From contig JALDZX010000006.1 of the NCBI GenBank assembly GCA_022813865.1, positions 186,001-250,000 of the forward strand: DNA of 64,000 bases, in the 5' to 3' direction. The stretch comes from Xylographa opegraphella (taxonomy: Eukaryota). The notes under the pieces are model-generated. The model made no database searches and had not been told where the DNA came from. It saw nothing but the letters and a program-made list of their open reading frames with translations. The position numbers and the translations under genes are program-made. The first letter of the stretch is position 1; the number at the start of each line of letters is the position of its first letter. This document shows positions 11,001 through 25,034 of this stretch, in pieces.

Positions 11001-14000
11001 CTCACCGGCGTCGGGCCTCGATTCTGTTACGTACAGCTATACCCGCGCAACGCCATCATTGGTCACCCTGTTTGCGCCTCCAACGACTGAGATGGAACAC
11101 CAGATCCTCGCTCGCTTTTTGGGTACCGTGGCCGTGGCCGCAGTTTTGACAGATTGTTAGACGGACTGACTACGTACTAGTGCCGACGGCACGGCGGGTT
11201 CCGCACTTGTACCCGTGTCCGTTGAACTCTTTCCCTCCCGGCTTCACCCGGCCGTGGAATCAGGTAGCGTACCCAATAGCGCCGTTGCCTGGAAGCGGAA
11301 GCCCATTCCCGCCACGTCCCGCTGGTGTGATCTGGCAGGCGGACGCGAAGGAGCCAGCTGAGGAGCTAAGGTATATTCTAACCTTCGACGTTCTCGTGAT
11401 GACCGCCATCCTGCCCCCACACCGTCGTCTGAGCTTTCATGGAGCCCAATCTCGGGCGCGTCCAGTCAACCACCGACGCCTTCAGCCTCTTTGACGTTGC
11501 ATCGCCAATGCGCCTTGCCGCAGTCAATGTGCTGACCGTGCCGACATCGCTCGATGTATAATGACGATAATCGTGCCGTCAGGTGCATTCTGCGCCAATA
11601 CGGAGGTTGATTCGCGACTATCAGGAGTCTGAGACCGTTGCTCTGCAGGACATTGGCCGCGCCAGGAGTACCATGAGTTAGTTTCTTCCGATTTCGGGGC
11701 ATCTGAGGTCATACAACCTTCTCACGCCCGGCTTTCCTGCGATCTGGGGCAACTGCTGGAACTATTCTCGGCTCCTGCTGTTGTCACGGATCCCATGGGC
11801 GGATGTTGTGGTGTGATGCTTGGAGAGCTGAGGTCCCTTCCTTTCGATTATCGTGAGGGAAGCGGAGCCAGCATTCGGAAGTCTCTTCATCTCGATAACC
11901 TGCGTTGGAGGAAGCTGCTTGTTTTTCAATGGCCATGGTCGATGCTATGATATTACAACTTATAAGACTCATCGTCGTCGAGAACGGTCAAAAGGCTTCT
12001 GTCCGAGGTTTCTCACGTTCAAACTTCCGGGCTGAGGAACACTTTTGACCAAGATAAGAACGCTCTGTTGGATACACAATAATGCCCACCAGTTTTCGAA
12101 TATACCGCAGGCAATGAGTCCACAGGCTACTTGTACCATTCAGTTCCAGGCTGCCTCGATCCGTTTCGACTCTCAACCTTCGAAACTGAGCCCTGACCCT
12201 GTCGAGCGGCTCCTATTAACCAGCTTGCACTTCTCTTCACAAGCGGTACACCTCCCTAGAGCCCGCCCCGAAATATTCCCTCCGTCTTATCCTCGGTTTG
12301 GACGTGAGATCTTTCGAAGAAGCTCAGCAGGTGTCAGCGGAACTGACAGCTTCCTTGTACTTGAAGCCAATTCCCTAGGCTTTGCACGGTCCAACTTTAC
12401 AAGCAGTCATGACTTGCAATCATGACTGATCGATGTAGCTGGCAGGCGGATACGTAAGATCAACTCAAGAGATTCACAGAACTTCCCTCTGTCATACGCA
12501 AGGGTTCGATAAGCACTCTTGTTGTGCATTACTCAAATCTGGACAACCTCCAGCGAAGGTATCCAATTCCGCCAACGTTCTCACTATTGACTGTGATTTC
12601 CACCTCAGAATACCAAGCGATCTTGTTTCTCTATTTCCATCCTCACAAGCTTCATTGGTCTCATGAAAACCAAAACTCACTTTCTTGACTTTGTTCTTGT
12701 TGAACGCTTCTTCGGATTGTTACAGCATTTTACACGTCTTCCTCTGGCTGAACTTATCTCATCTGCAAAATCTTTCGTCGGTCGTGGCTATTCGCCCTTC
12801 CGTCGGCGATGTAAATGGCTTTAGTTTCAAGCCGGGTCTCCATATGCCATGACGGAGCCCGAGAACACGATGCTGCATTCGAAACCGAGACGAGACTTCG
12901 ATTGTATAATCATGGCTTCCTAAACTAGCACCAGCAGTCGAGGTGCATCAATACAGCAGCACAGCCGTGCCATATTCTGGGCGACCGCTGTTCGCAGGTT
13001 CTATATAGCAGGACCACGGGCAGATGCTCCGCTTCTCTGACGACCTGCGTTACGTTCCTCCGACGGTCTGCCCTCCAGCCGGACTGTCAGGTCCTTTCTT
13101 ACACCCTATAGTCTACTCCTCCTTATGATTTAAGGTCAGGACATACTCGTGACTCCACTATAATACAGTTCTTTTCCCTAGCGGTCGGCTTCGTAGCAGG
13201 ACTATAGGTATACTTTTGGCCCCTTGGTGAAGTGGTCTCGAGATTCCGATATTGCTTCCTAGCCCTCTTTACCCTCTGCCCGTCGTCCTCCCTTCAATTT
13301 CTTCTTTCTGGCAATCCTTAAAAGTATCGCCATTTATGCACTAATGGTGCCCGCCATAATACTCCCTGTTCGGCTGTTGTGGTTCCAGCCCTAAGCATGT
13401 CGAGCACTTTCGCAGACCCTAATTGAAGCAGAATTCAAAAATCCGAGCTCTCTCAAACCATAGTTCGCTGCTATCATACATGATAGAAACGATGCGCTCG
13501 GCAAGGGCAACCCAGGAAGCCAATTGATTTTAGCTTCGAAGGAATGTAAGCGGACTGAAGAAAGGACGCATGAGCTAAATTACTGAGATTATTTTCTTTA
13601 CTGGACCAGTAATGATTTCCGGTTCAGCAATGATGTCCTCGTCTGTGTGATCTTCTTCTTCTTGTGCAGGTTGAGAACTTCATTCATCTCAACAGTCATT
13701 CATCGCCCTCGTCATTCATGCTACGTACATCGATTAGCTGTTTTATAACGAAAGACGTACTGAGACTAGTACCCTACATTAGTCAATAGTACCAAAGCAG
13801 CACTCCAGTATATCGCCTGGACCTGGAAACACTTCTTATGATGCTACAACTCTCGATCCTATTGAATGTGCAGATCTACCATCCCGTACGTTCAGCGTCG
13901 GCGTCGAGGCTAGCTCGGTGAGCTCAATGAGTAGGCAGGTAGTTCCCACAGAAAGCCAGAAGCATAGTAGCGGAGGTGACGCAGTGACGCACAACCTCCT

Positions 14001-15125
14001 TCTTCGAGGCTACGACATCCACGACGACTTATCGTTCTCGCCCCCTCGCCACTCCCGTTCCTCTACGACTCCTAGGCCCGCGTTGGCCTTCGCAGGACCA
14101 TGGCTGTGTCCGGAGTTAGTGTTTTCTACATTTATGATGCTAGCTCCGAAGGCCGGAAGGGTCTTGTCACGGTCAATCACACCTCCTCCACCTCCTGGCG
14201 TTGGCCAGGCGTACCTTCATAACTATCGCACCGCACTCAACTGCGTGCACAGGCCGCGCTTCGCTGAAATGCCCGCGTAAGCCGACGTTGTGTCCAACGG
14301 TCAGGGGAGCACCACGGCCGGACTACAGATAGATTAGCAACGGCGTCGACCATGCACCAATACTATTGACGGTTTGAACCCCTGCGAACAGTACCGCGAT
14401 GGGGGCTGTCAGGGAGCCACAAATCGGGTGCATTGATGGGTTCTCTGTGGCGATGGATTGGAAGCTGTGTTTTATGGAAGAAGTTTACATGTAGGGGATG
14501 AAAGGGCATTTGCCTGGCGCGGAATGGGTATGCGATGGTATTTCAAATGTCACTGCCTGTGAATGGAACTGACGCAGTGCTGACGCGGAGGGGAAGATTG
14601 AAGATAGTGTAGATTCTGTGCTCCTGATGCCCCTCAGTAGAGTCGGGCACAGAACTCATAAGCCTACTGGACCCAAAGAGATTATATATTTTAACGTGCG
14701 AATTATTGCTAGCTGTTTACTATTTAGATCTGGATTGTGATGGAGTTATGATCCAAACAGTGATAACCCGTTATAGGGACTTGGTGTTGTGGGAAATCCG
14801 AGTAGGTTTAGGGCTATGTCGAAGCTATTATGACGGTGGCATCTTTGGAACTGAGCTCTTAGCAATTCAGGGTCATGTTCTTTGATATTCCGCCCCTGTC
14901 CGTACGGTCTGGGAGTTGTACGAAGTATGAAAATGTTACCCACGTGCAACGGCGGCGCGCACGTGATAGCCCCGAAAAACGCTGTGCTACGTCATTCTTC
15001 GGAGCCGAGCTTCAGAATCCCTGCCTTTTCACGCAGCTCGTGTAGCTTGTGCTCAGCTCATCACCGCCTACCACACGAACCTCAAAGAGAGCCGTTGCCT
15101 CCGCCTGAGAAGGCTCATAAATCCA

Positions 15126-16727
15126 ATGGCTTCGTCACCGCTCAACGCTGAGTCATCGCAGCCACAAGAGCGCGAAGCGCAGCACCTTCCACCCAAGACG
15201 TACGTCGACGCAGCGATGGAGAACTTGAACGGCGACAGTGAGAAGGAGAACAGTGCTCCGTCACAATATATCGGCCAAGGCGAGGACGATGCTCCTCGAA
15301 GCCCAGCACGTAAGCCGCACAAGCGCAATGGCTCCCTTCGCGTCAACGGATTGAGGAACAAGACAAGCTCGCAGTCGCTGTTGGTAGAAAAGTTCCAGGA
15401 CAGAGATGGGGAACACTTGACGAGTATCAACCCACTTGACTCCGAAGACGGTGGGCAGCAGATCCACAAGTCTCCATCCAGGCGTACCGAGGGCGGCGAA
15501 CTCGTCAGTGGGCGGCGCGCTGGTGCAGGCTGGGAGAAAAGCGGGTGTGTCTCTCCGCTGCCGTCTCATACTACTGACCCACTGACAATATTAGGATTCA
15601 CTGGGCGCCCCTGAATGTGCCCCTCAAGCGGCGCCTTCAAACGCTCGTTGTCCTGTGGCATACCCTCAGCATCGCGATCCTCCTCACCACCTTCTTCTTC
15701 CTATGCGCCATCCCCCTCTTCTGGCCCCTCCTCTTCCCCTACATCCTCCACCTCCTCTTCTCCACCGCTGGCCACTCGGGCACCCTCTCCCGACGTTCTC
15801 CCTTCCTCCGCTCCCTCCCCATCTGGTCTCTCTTTGCCTCCTACTTCCCCGCCCGCCTGCACCGCTCGCAAGTCCTGCCCCCGACCCGCAAATACATCTT
15901 CGGCTACCACCCGCACGGCATCATCTCGCACGGGGCCTTCGCCGCCTTCGTCACCGAGGCCCTCGGCTTCGCCCAGCTCTTCCCCGGCATCACCAACACC
16001 CTCCTCACACTCGACTCCAACTTCCGCATCCCCCTCTACCGCGACTACGCGCTCGCGCTCGGCCTGGCCTCCGTGTCGCGCGAGTCGTGCGAGAACATCC
16101 TCTCGAAAGGCGGCCCCAACGGCGAAGGCATGGGCCGCGCCATCACCATCGTCGTCGGCGGCGCGCGCGAGTCGCTCGACGCCCAGCCGGGCACCCTACG
16201 CCTCGTACTGAAGCGCCGGAAGGGTTTCGTCAAGCTCGGCATCCGCACCGGCGCCGACCTGGTGCCCGTGCTCGCCTTCGGCGAGAACGACCTGTACGAC
16301 CAGGTCCAGCCGGAGACGCACCCGGTCATCCATAAGACACAGCTGGTGCTGAAGAAGGCGCTCGGCTTCACCGTACGTACCTTTCCTCCCCGCACCCACT
16401 TGCGTTCCTGACAACGGCGCGATCCCTCACTCCCCTGCGCCTGGAGACTGCATATTCTGTATCGCCACTAACGTGTCACGGCAACTGCAGATCCCGCTCT
16501 TCCACGCGCGCGGCGTGTTCAACTACGACGTCGGCATGATGCCGTACCGCACACCGCTCAACATCGTCGTTGGCCGACCGATCAAGGTCGCACAGCAGAA
16601 GGTGCCGGACGAGGCCTACGTGGACGAGATCCACGGGCTGTACGTCGCCGAGCTGGAGCGCCTGTGGAGGGAGTGGCGCGGCGATTTCGCAAAGGGCATG
16701 GCTGGCGACCTGGAGTTTGTGGAGTAG
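15126..16727 (+). CDS. DGA1: Diacylglycerol O-acyltransferase, DGAT2 family
   Basis: Exons 15126-15544, 15595-16372 and 16491-16727. DGAT2 motifs WAPLNVPLKRRLQT, YFP, FGYHPHG, GGARE and RKGFVKLG...LVPVLAFGENDLY. Confidence 0.95.
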
Positions 16728-17031
16728 AGCGCTGGTGGTGGGGAGATATGGATGGGGCGCAATCTGCGGCAGCGGGTGATGGGGCTACGGTGAGGAGATG
16801 GTCTAGCATACTAGTATACTGAGCTACTGGCATCAACAGCGGGACGTTGGTTTTTCTTGGACCCTCTATGTACATGTTGCGAAAGCTAGCGAGGAAGCTA
16901 CCTTACATAAGGTATGTACAGATCTATTAGTGTATCTCCCGTGTACGGGACCCGCTTCTATAAGAAACTCCACGGCAATATGAACAATTCTCCCAAAAAC
17001 GTCCATACGCACCCCAGAAAGAACCTCCCCC

Positions 17032-18757
<1,726 letters not shown>

Positions 18758-18872
18758 CGTATGTAAGAACACGACCGTGGCTCACACCGCAATTAACGAG
18801 CGGTAGATGAGGGAGGCGACGATTAGGTACAGGAAAATTAATTATTTTTCTCGATTGGTTCTAGCGTGCTTC

Positions 18873-18890
18873 CGGGGCACCGCGTCGCCG
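18873..18890. promoter_or_regulatory. CGG-N12-CCG inverted element (AtrR response element-like) upstream of CYP51
   Basis: CGG 18873-18875, exactly 12 nt, then CCG 18888-18890, 116-133 bp upstream of the CYP51 ATG. Minus-strand CCAAT boxes flank it at about 18854 and 18944. Confidence 0.6.
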
Positions 18891-19718
18891 GGTCAGGCCA
18901 TTCTTCTTCATGCCCCTTGCTATTAGCCGCAAGGCCTAGTTTGATTGGCCAACTTTGAATTGTCGAAAAGGAACGCGGCTGTTGCAGAAGAAACCTCGGT
19001 ACTTTACTTTTAGGATTTAACTACCTTAACCTGGTGGCGAACATTGCCATGAATTCTCCCATCACTTGTCCACAGCCAAAGAGCGAGCGAGAGATGCTGA
19101 TCACGAAGATACTAGTGTCAAGGTCCCAGGCATGGTTTGCAATGTCATTCGTGGAAAAGACTCAGCTTCACCGATGGCTGTGCACACACTGCGTCCGTGC
19201 AGTGCTGTAGAGGTAGTGGGCCCCAGCTCGTGTCAGGATCTAGGAGGATTAGACGAATTGGTGCAATTCTCGGTGGGCAAGACGTGTACTTTGTCCGTCG
19301 GAGGTTACTTTGAATTTCAGATCTCAACGTTGGCCTGCTAAGGTGATTGGTTCTCTTTGTGGCCATTGGAACAAGTAACTCTTCTATGAGCTGAACAGGT
19401 GAATGAGACTGTCAGTGCCGCGTGGGAGCAAGATCTCTCATCAAGCATGTGCCTTGAGAGACAAGAGCAAATGTCGGTGTCTAATGTTTGTATTCCGATC
19501 TTAGTTTTCTTCTTGCTTAACCTCTCTCTCTTCGCGAAAGTCCTGCTGTTGATTATCTGTTCACGTACCCGTATCTATTTCTTCTTATTCGAACCACTGT
19601 CTCTCAAATGTATAGCCGAAACTATACTTCTCTATCTCGCCATTACTACCCGCCAGAAGCCCACAATATAACAAATTGTAATATAGTCATGTGCTGACCC
19701 CCTACACACTCGTTACAG

Positions 19719-21680
19719 CAATCAGCCAGCTCTTTTATGAGATACATGACGCCCCGAAAGACTTCGACTATTCTGGACGAGCAGTGGAATACGTAAAAGC
19801 ATTCCAAGCCAATTTGATGGACCGGGACCTTACGTAAGACCAAAAGCAGTGGCTTGAAGGGTTGTGGAAGAGCCACGAGAGCCATGAAGAGATGAAGAAG
19901 ATCCTGGATTTCTACATGAAACGTCCTTATGGAGCGTTATGACCCTATATCACAAGTGCAAGCGAACAGTTGTTAGCAAATGGATACTCCTTATCAAAAA
20001 TCTGGGTGTACACTCCAAGAACTTCGTCCTCAGCGCAAATATAATCTTACTGAGCGGCTTGTCGGAACCGCTGCGGGATGGGAAGCCACTTCTGAACAGG
20101 CCGCTCAGACCTGGTAGGTCAAAGGAGTAGGCGTTGCCACAGTCGGTATTGGGGCTTTCGCAGGAGTACTCAGTGAAATGAGCAGCGGGATAGCATGAAC
20201 AAGCAGGACCCGATGGTCAGGGTAGATAGTGTGGGAGTAGAGCATTTGCGGAATTAACCACGGACCATTTGGCTGGAATGGCGCAGAACAACTCATGTCT
20301 CGCATTTGGAAAGAGCCGCGGAAAGCAGGAAGAATATGGTATTACAGGAGTAGGACCGAAAGCTAATTTGAAGAACCCGTTCTCCAACCACAATTACAGG
20401 GAAAAGAATCGAAACCGGTATACCCGAGGCTCTGCTATAAGTCTATTACATTCACTCTGAACCTCATAAAGTTTGGCTAGAACATTATCCAGATCATAAC
20501 GACCCTGCGTATGTTCCCCTTCCGAATCCCGGACTTGGCGGAAGGCTGGGATTGTGCAAGGCAAGGATACAGATCGTTGTAACTGTAATGCCATTCCCAG
20601 CTCATTGATTTCAATAGCAGCATGTTCTCATATTGGGCATAGTCTTGCATTCTCATTTCCAGCTGTCCAATACTTTCTCGTGCGTGTAGAACTGGCGAGG
20701 TACTTCCATCGAGTATGCTTTTAGCTCAGTACGTTCTGACCCGTGATAGTTTGCAGTGATAGCTACTACGAAGGATAAGGTAGTATTCGAAAGTAGCAGA
20801 GAGCAAATTCATGTAGATGACAGGTAGCTGCTCAAAAAGTTATGCCATGTTGGAATTTTCTCCTTGGAGCAAGTACTCAATTTCCAAAATGTCAAGAATG
20901 AAGCGTGTGCGATGCATCCGAGATCCTCAGATCAGCTCCTGACTGAGACAAAACAACTGGGAAGAAACTTAGTAGTTCGGGAGTGAAAACCAATCAAGAA
21001 CATAAGAATAACAGCTGAGTCTAATGACAAAAGCAAGTCCTACCTCGCATTCCAGTCAACCTATTAGTCAGCTCATTGTGGAATGCACCTGGCAGTCAAC
21101 AAGACTAAGCGCCAAAGTGGCCAACAATTGAGTATTTTGTGAGGCATGAGCCCCCTTCCATGGTCTCGGCTCTAGATCCTTCAAACAAGCCTGGCAGCAA
21201 GCCTATCGGCCAACCGCTTCGCATGTTATTCATCAGCAAGGTATATCATAAAGAATGGTCAAGACCAGCCTTTCTCAATGAGGAACGTTCCTTGTACTTC
21301 CGGATAATATAGCCGTAATGACGAAGATCGAGTTATCGCCCTATACTACATCAAAGCGGATGAAGGTAGCTCAAGGCTTGTCGACGTATAACGGAGTGAT
21401 TTTGACTCGCAAAATTGTATCTTAAGGCTCCAGAGATGCTTGTGCTAGAGCGTATGGATTAAACAACATATCTATAGTGCAGCGGTTATCAGCCTTTTCA
21501 GAAAGACATCAAACGTGACAAGGACGCGCAGTCTTCTCGAGAACGCAGTTTTCGGACTAGTGTGTACGACGCCGACGAGAGACGACGCAATGAGTTTTCA
21601 CCTCGGTCTCAACGATAGAGTGATGGACGCTGAAATTGAAGTGCTCAATAATGCCATGTTCCGGAGAAGGGATGAATAGG
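19719..21680 (+). pseudogene. Possible decayed gene of unknown family
   Basis: Protein-like frames broken by single stops and frameshifts (e.g. ...NLMDRDLT*DQKQWLEGLWK...RPYGAL*PYITS), preceded by a GCTGAC...TACAG acceptor. No family recognised. Confidence 0.3.
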
Positions 21681-22274
21681 TCTCAAGCGACCACGCTGCT
21701 ACGATAGAATTCACGCTCAGCTACTGTTTGCCACTCAATAGGGTAGACAAGGCCGGAACACCTAAAGATCTAGGGAGTATCACACGAGCTATTGCAGTTT
21801 CACAGTTCCACCAAAACGCTGTTTGCGGAGTATCGTTGTGAAAGGTTTCGTTGGTATCATCCGCATGTTCCTCTTCAAAGAATCACGTCACTGAAGCCTT
21901 TTCAAAGAATACGCTTCGTATCTTACCGACAGTATGCCTAGGTACTATATATAGTATGTGCGCTAGCCGCCTTGCATAGAATTAGCTCGACCAATCACAG
22001 CAACTTTAATTGGGATGACCGAAGTTATTGAGCTGTTAATTATAGCGTCACACAGATATCGAACCATATTATCTTGATGAGTGTGAGTCTGTTGCCAGAA
22101 GACCTTATTAAAAGTTCGATTATGGTGGCCGATTATACCAGCAGCTGATCCAGTGTGGACTTTTAGGTATAGCAAACGCTTTACGCCACCACCGTCGAGA
22201 TATCTACAGAGCGCCCTTTGTCCTGCAGACATTGCATAGGTTAAAATGCTGAGTGAAGCCAACGATGATGCCCT

Positions 22275-24584
22275 CTATAGCGATTTCTTATCCAGTGTTT
22301 CTGCCACATTGTAGCGACTTTCTCCATCGTAGGCGAACAGTGATACATCACCCTTTCCACCCAGCCCCATGAACTCCTCCGTCGCCCTCTGCGCTGAGGG
22401 CCTTTCTTCTTGGCCGTTTGCAGCACCGTTGATCTTTGGATCTTTCCCGTTCTTAGGCTGACTATTGTGGACTCGCTTGTCGTTTGCATTCTTTTCCCAT
22501 ACCTTTACCGCCGATTTACCTTCATCCGTTGGGATTACTTTGCTGACCTTGACATCATTGATACTGCTCAACAGAGTACGCTCTCGAGTCATCTTGCGCT
22601 TGGAAAAATCGAGCTGACCCATTGCACCCGTCAAGCCATCGGTACTATCTGCTGGGTTCGGTATCTTTTGAGTGGTCCACGGGTGTTCAAGACACTCTTC
22701 GATAGTGTATCGTTTTTCAGGATCTACCACGAGCATCCTATCGATAAGGTCCAGCGCTGGATCACCTACCGAATCCCAGTAAGGTGATGGGTAGTCGAAG
22801 CGGCCCATCTTTATTTGCTGGGAAAGGGTGTACGGACTTTCCGAGGAGTATAATTCGTCGGAGAAAGGAGGAAACCCGCACAGGCAGATATATAAAACGA
22901 CTCCCAGTGACCAGACGTCCACGGCTCGGGTGTATCTACGGTGTTTCGAGTTCTCTAGGATTTCAGGCGCAACATCTGGACCATATAAGCATAATGTGAG
23001 GTTTCATTAGACAAGAGACTTACAGCTTGGTGTACCACATCTGGAGCAGATTAGCATATAACTACTTACAAATCTGGAACATACTTACAACGTAGTCGTG
23101 AAAGACTCCTCCCCAATAATCTTCGCCAAACCAAAATCGGCAATTTTTACCGTAAGGTCCTTGTCTACAAGGAGAATATTCTCAGGCTTCAGATCTCGAT
23201 GTACAATATTCCGTTCATGCTGTAGGAGGTCAATCTCCCATCGGCGCAACGATTGAATCAGATTGCATACCAGATATTTCATGCCTTGAAACAATTGAAC
23301 AAAAACCTTGCGTGTTTCCTGTTCTGTTAGTTTCTGCTTCATAACAATCCAGTTGAAGAGTTCGCCCTCTGCAGCAAGTTCCAAGACGAGGTAGACTCCA
23401 TCATCTTCATCGAACGTATCCTTTAAGCACAGCATATTAGGATGACTGACGCTCATCAAAACAGCGATTTCTTGTTGCAATCCGTCGGTTGCAGACCGCT
23501 CCTTCTCACCTGGTCTCTTTTCGAACCTTTTCACGGCAAATCGAGCACCACTAGCTTTCTCGACACAAAGGTAAACAGTTGCAAAATGACCTTTACCCAA
23601 CTGTTGGAGGACCCGATATTGCTGCTTGAAGGCGTTGCTATCCCTGTTTTTAGGATAACGAAATTGGAAAGTAGCCTCGTCAAGGATACTGATTTCGTCC
23701 GCCTCCTTTAGTTCTCGTCGTTTATTTCTTCCAACTAGCGCTCCGTTGACATATGTACCGTTACCGGAAAGGTCTTCTAGAACCGCGATAGAGTCACCAC
23801 CTTTATTCTCGTGAAATATGAGGCAATGACGGTTCGATATGGTAGGTATCTGTAAGACTCGATCTATACTCCTGTTATTGCTGAGGCTAATAAAAGGCTT
23901 GTCGTGAAACATACCACACTCGGGATGTCTGCCAATAAGATACCCGCCAGCAGGAAACCCTAGGTTTATTTTGTTTTCTTCATACTTTTCCTCCTCTTCT
24001 ACGTAGCTATGAGCTAAATTTCCTTTTGCTCTTTGGTTGTTTCCCCTGCCAAAAGTTGAATCCGGCATAGGCGCAGGGCATGCAGTCCGCTTTCTCAACA
24101 CAAGAATATCTCCAAATTTGCGATCAAGAGGTATCAGGTATCCCCACACACCCTCGGCTTCTTCATCTTTGACATCTTCAGACCACGACTGAGGCGGATA
24201 AGTGAATTGGGAGAAAGCTTGGGTGTCTTGAGGAGGAGAGGAAAGACCTTGTAACTGCGGAGATGATACTGGGGTATGATGCCGAACGTGACTCTGTCGA
24301 CCCTCCGGTGGAGAGACAGTTCCCTCTCTGTAGGATTCTGTCATCGTTGATTCCTTATGCGTCAAAGGTGATGGGAGTTGCGTATTATTATTGTTCAGCG
24401 GTGTCGTATTGGGTTGGGATGAAATCCTTTGGGACCTCCGCGGTTTCTTGATTTCAACATCACGATCCCCGGCAGAGGCCTAATAAATGTGAGCGTGTGT
24501 CATTCCTCGTTATAGACTTTCTTCGTTATAGACGTTACTCACACGACCTCGCTTCAATTGACTCTTCTCGGCTCGCGGAGCCAT
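22275..24584 (-). CDS. CHK2: FHA-domain checkpoint Ser/Thr kinase (Chk2/Cds1/Dun1 family)
   Basis: Starts MAPRAEKSQLKRGR. FHA motifs YLIGRHPECD, SNRHC and DLSGNGT; kinase motifs LGKGHFATV, HRDLKPEN, DFGLAK and CGTPSYVAPE (via a 17 nt exon at 23024-23040). Confidence 0.93.
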
Positions 24585-25034
24585 TTTCAGGCAGTAAAGT
24601 ATTGACGGAACGACCGACTATTCTGAGTAGTGAATGCTTAGAGCTTGTTTGTATCCTCTCACTACGCCTGACCACATAAGTCAAGCTGAAACGAATGATG
24701 GGAGTTCTGCTTCGACAATTATTACAGATGTGGACAGGAACTAGTCCTCAGATTTAATTAGTAAGATAGAGAGTGCTTCACAGTGAAATCAAACAGTATT
24801 GCGGACTTGCGGATATAATTGAAGCACAATGAAGGCAATGTTCAAATATGCAATTACGAGTCTGAAAATGAAATGCGAGTGTCGACAGACCTCCAGTAGT
24901 GAAAGTTCGGGAAATCGTGGATCGGACATTTTGAAGCGGGAACCCAGCCCGTCCAGTCCCTTGTCGTCAGAGTCTTTGGCTGGTCAACAACGTTCGTCAG
25001 CAGAACCCGGATCTATAGACCGCGTTGCGGAGGA

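Noticed and set aside
15615..16335. Two long alternative-frame ORFs overlapping DGA1
   Set aside because: Ser/Pro- and Pro/Arg-rich translations expected from C-ending codons in the true frame.
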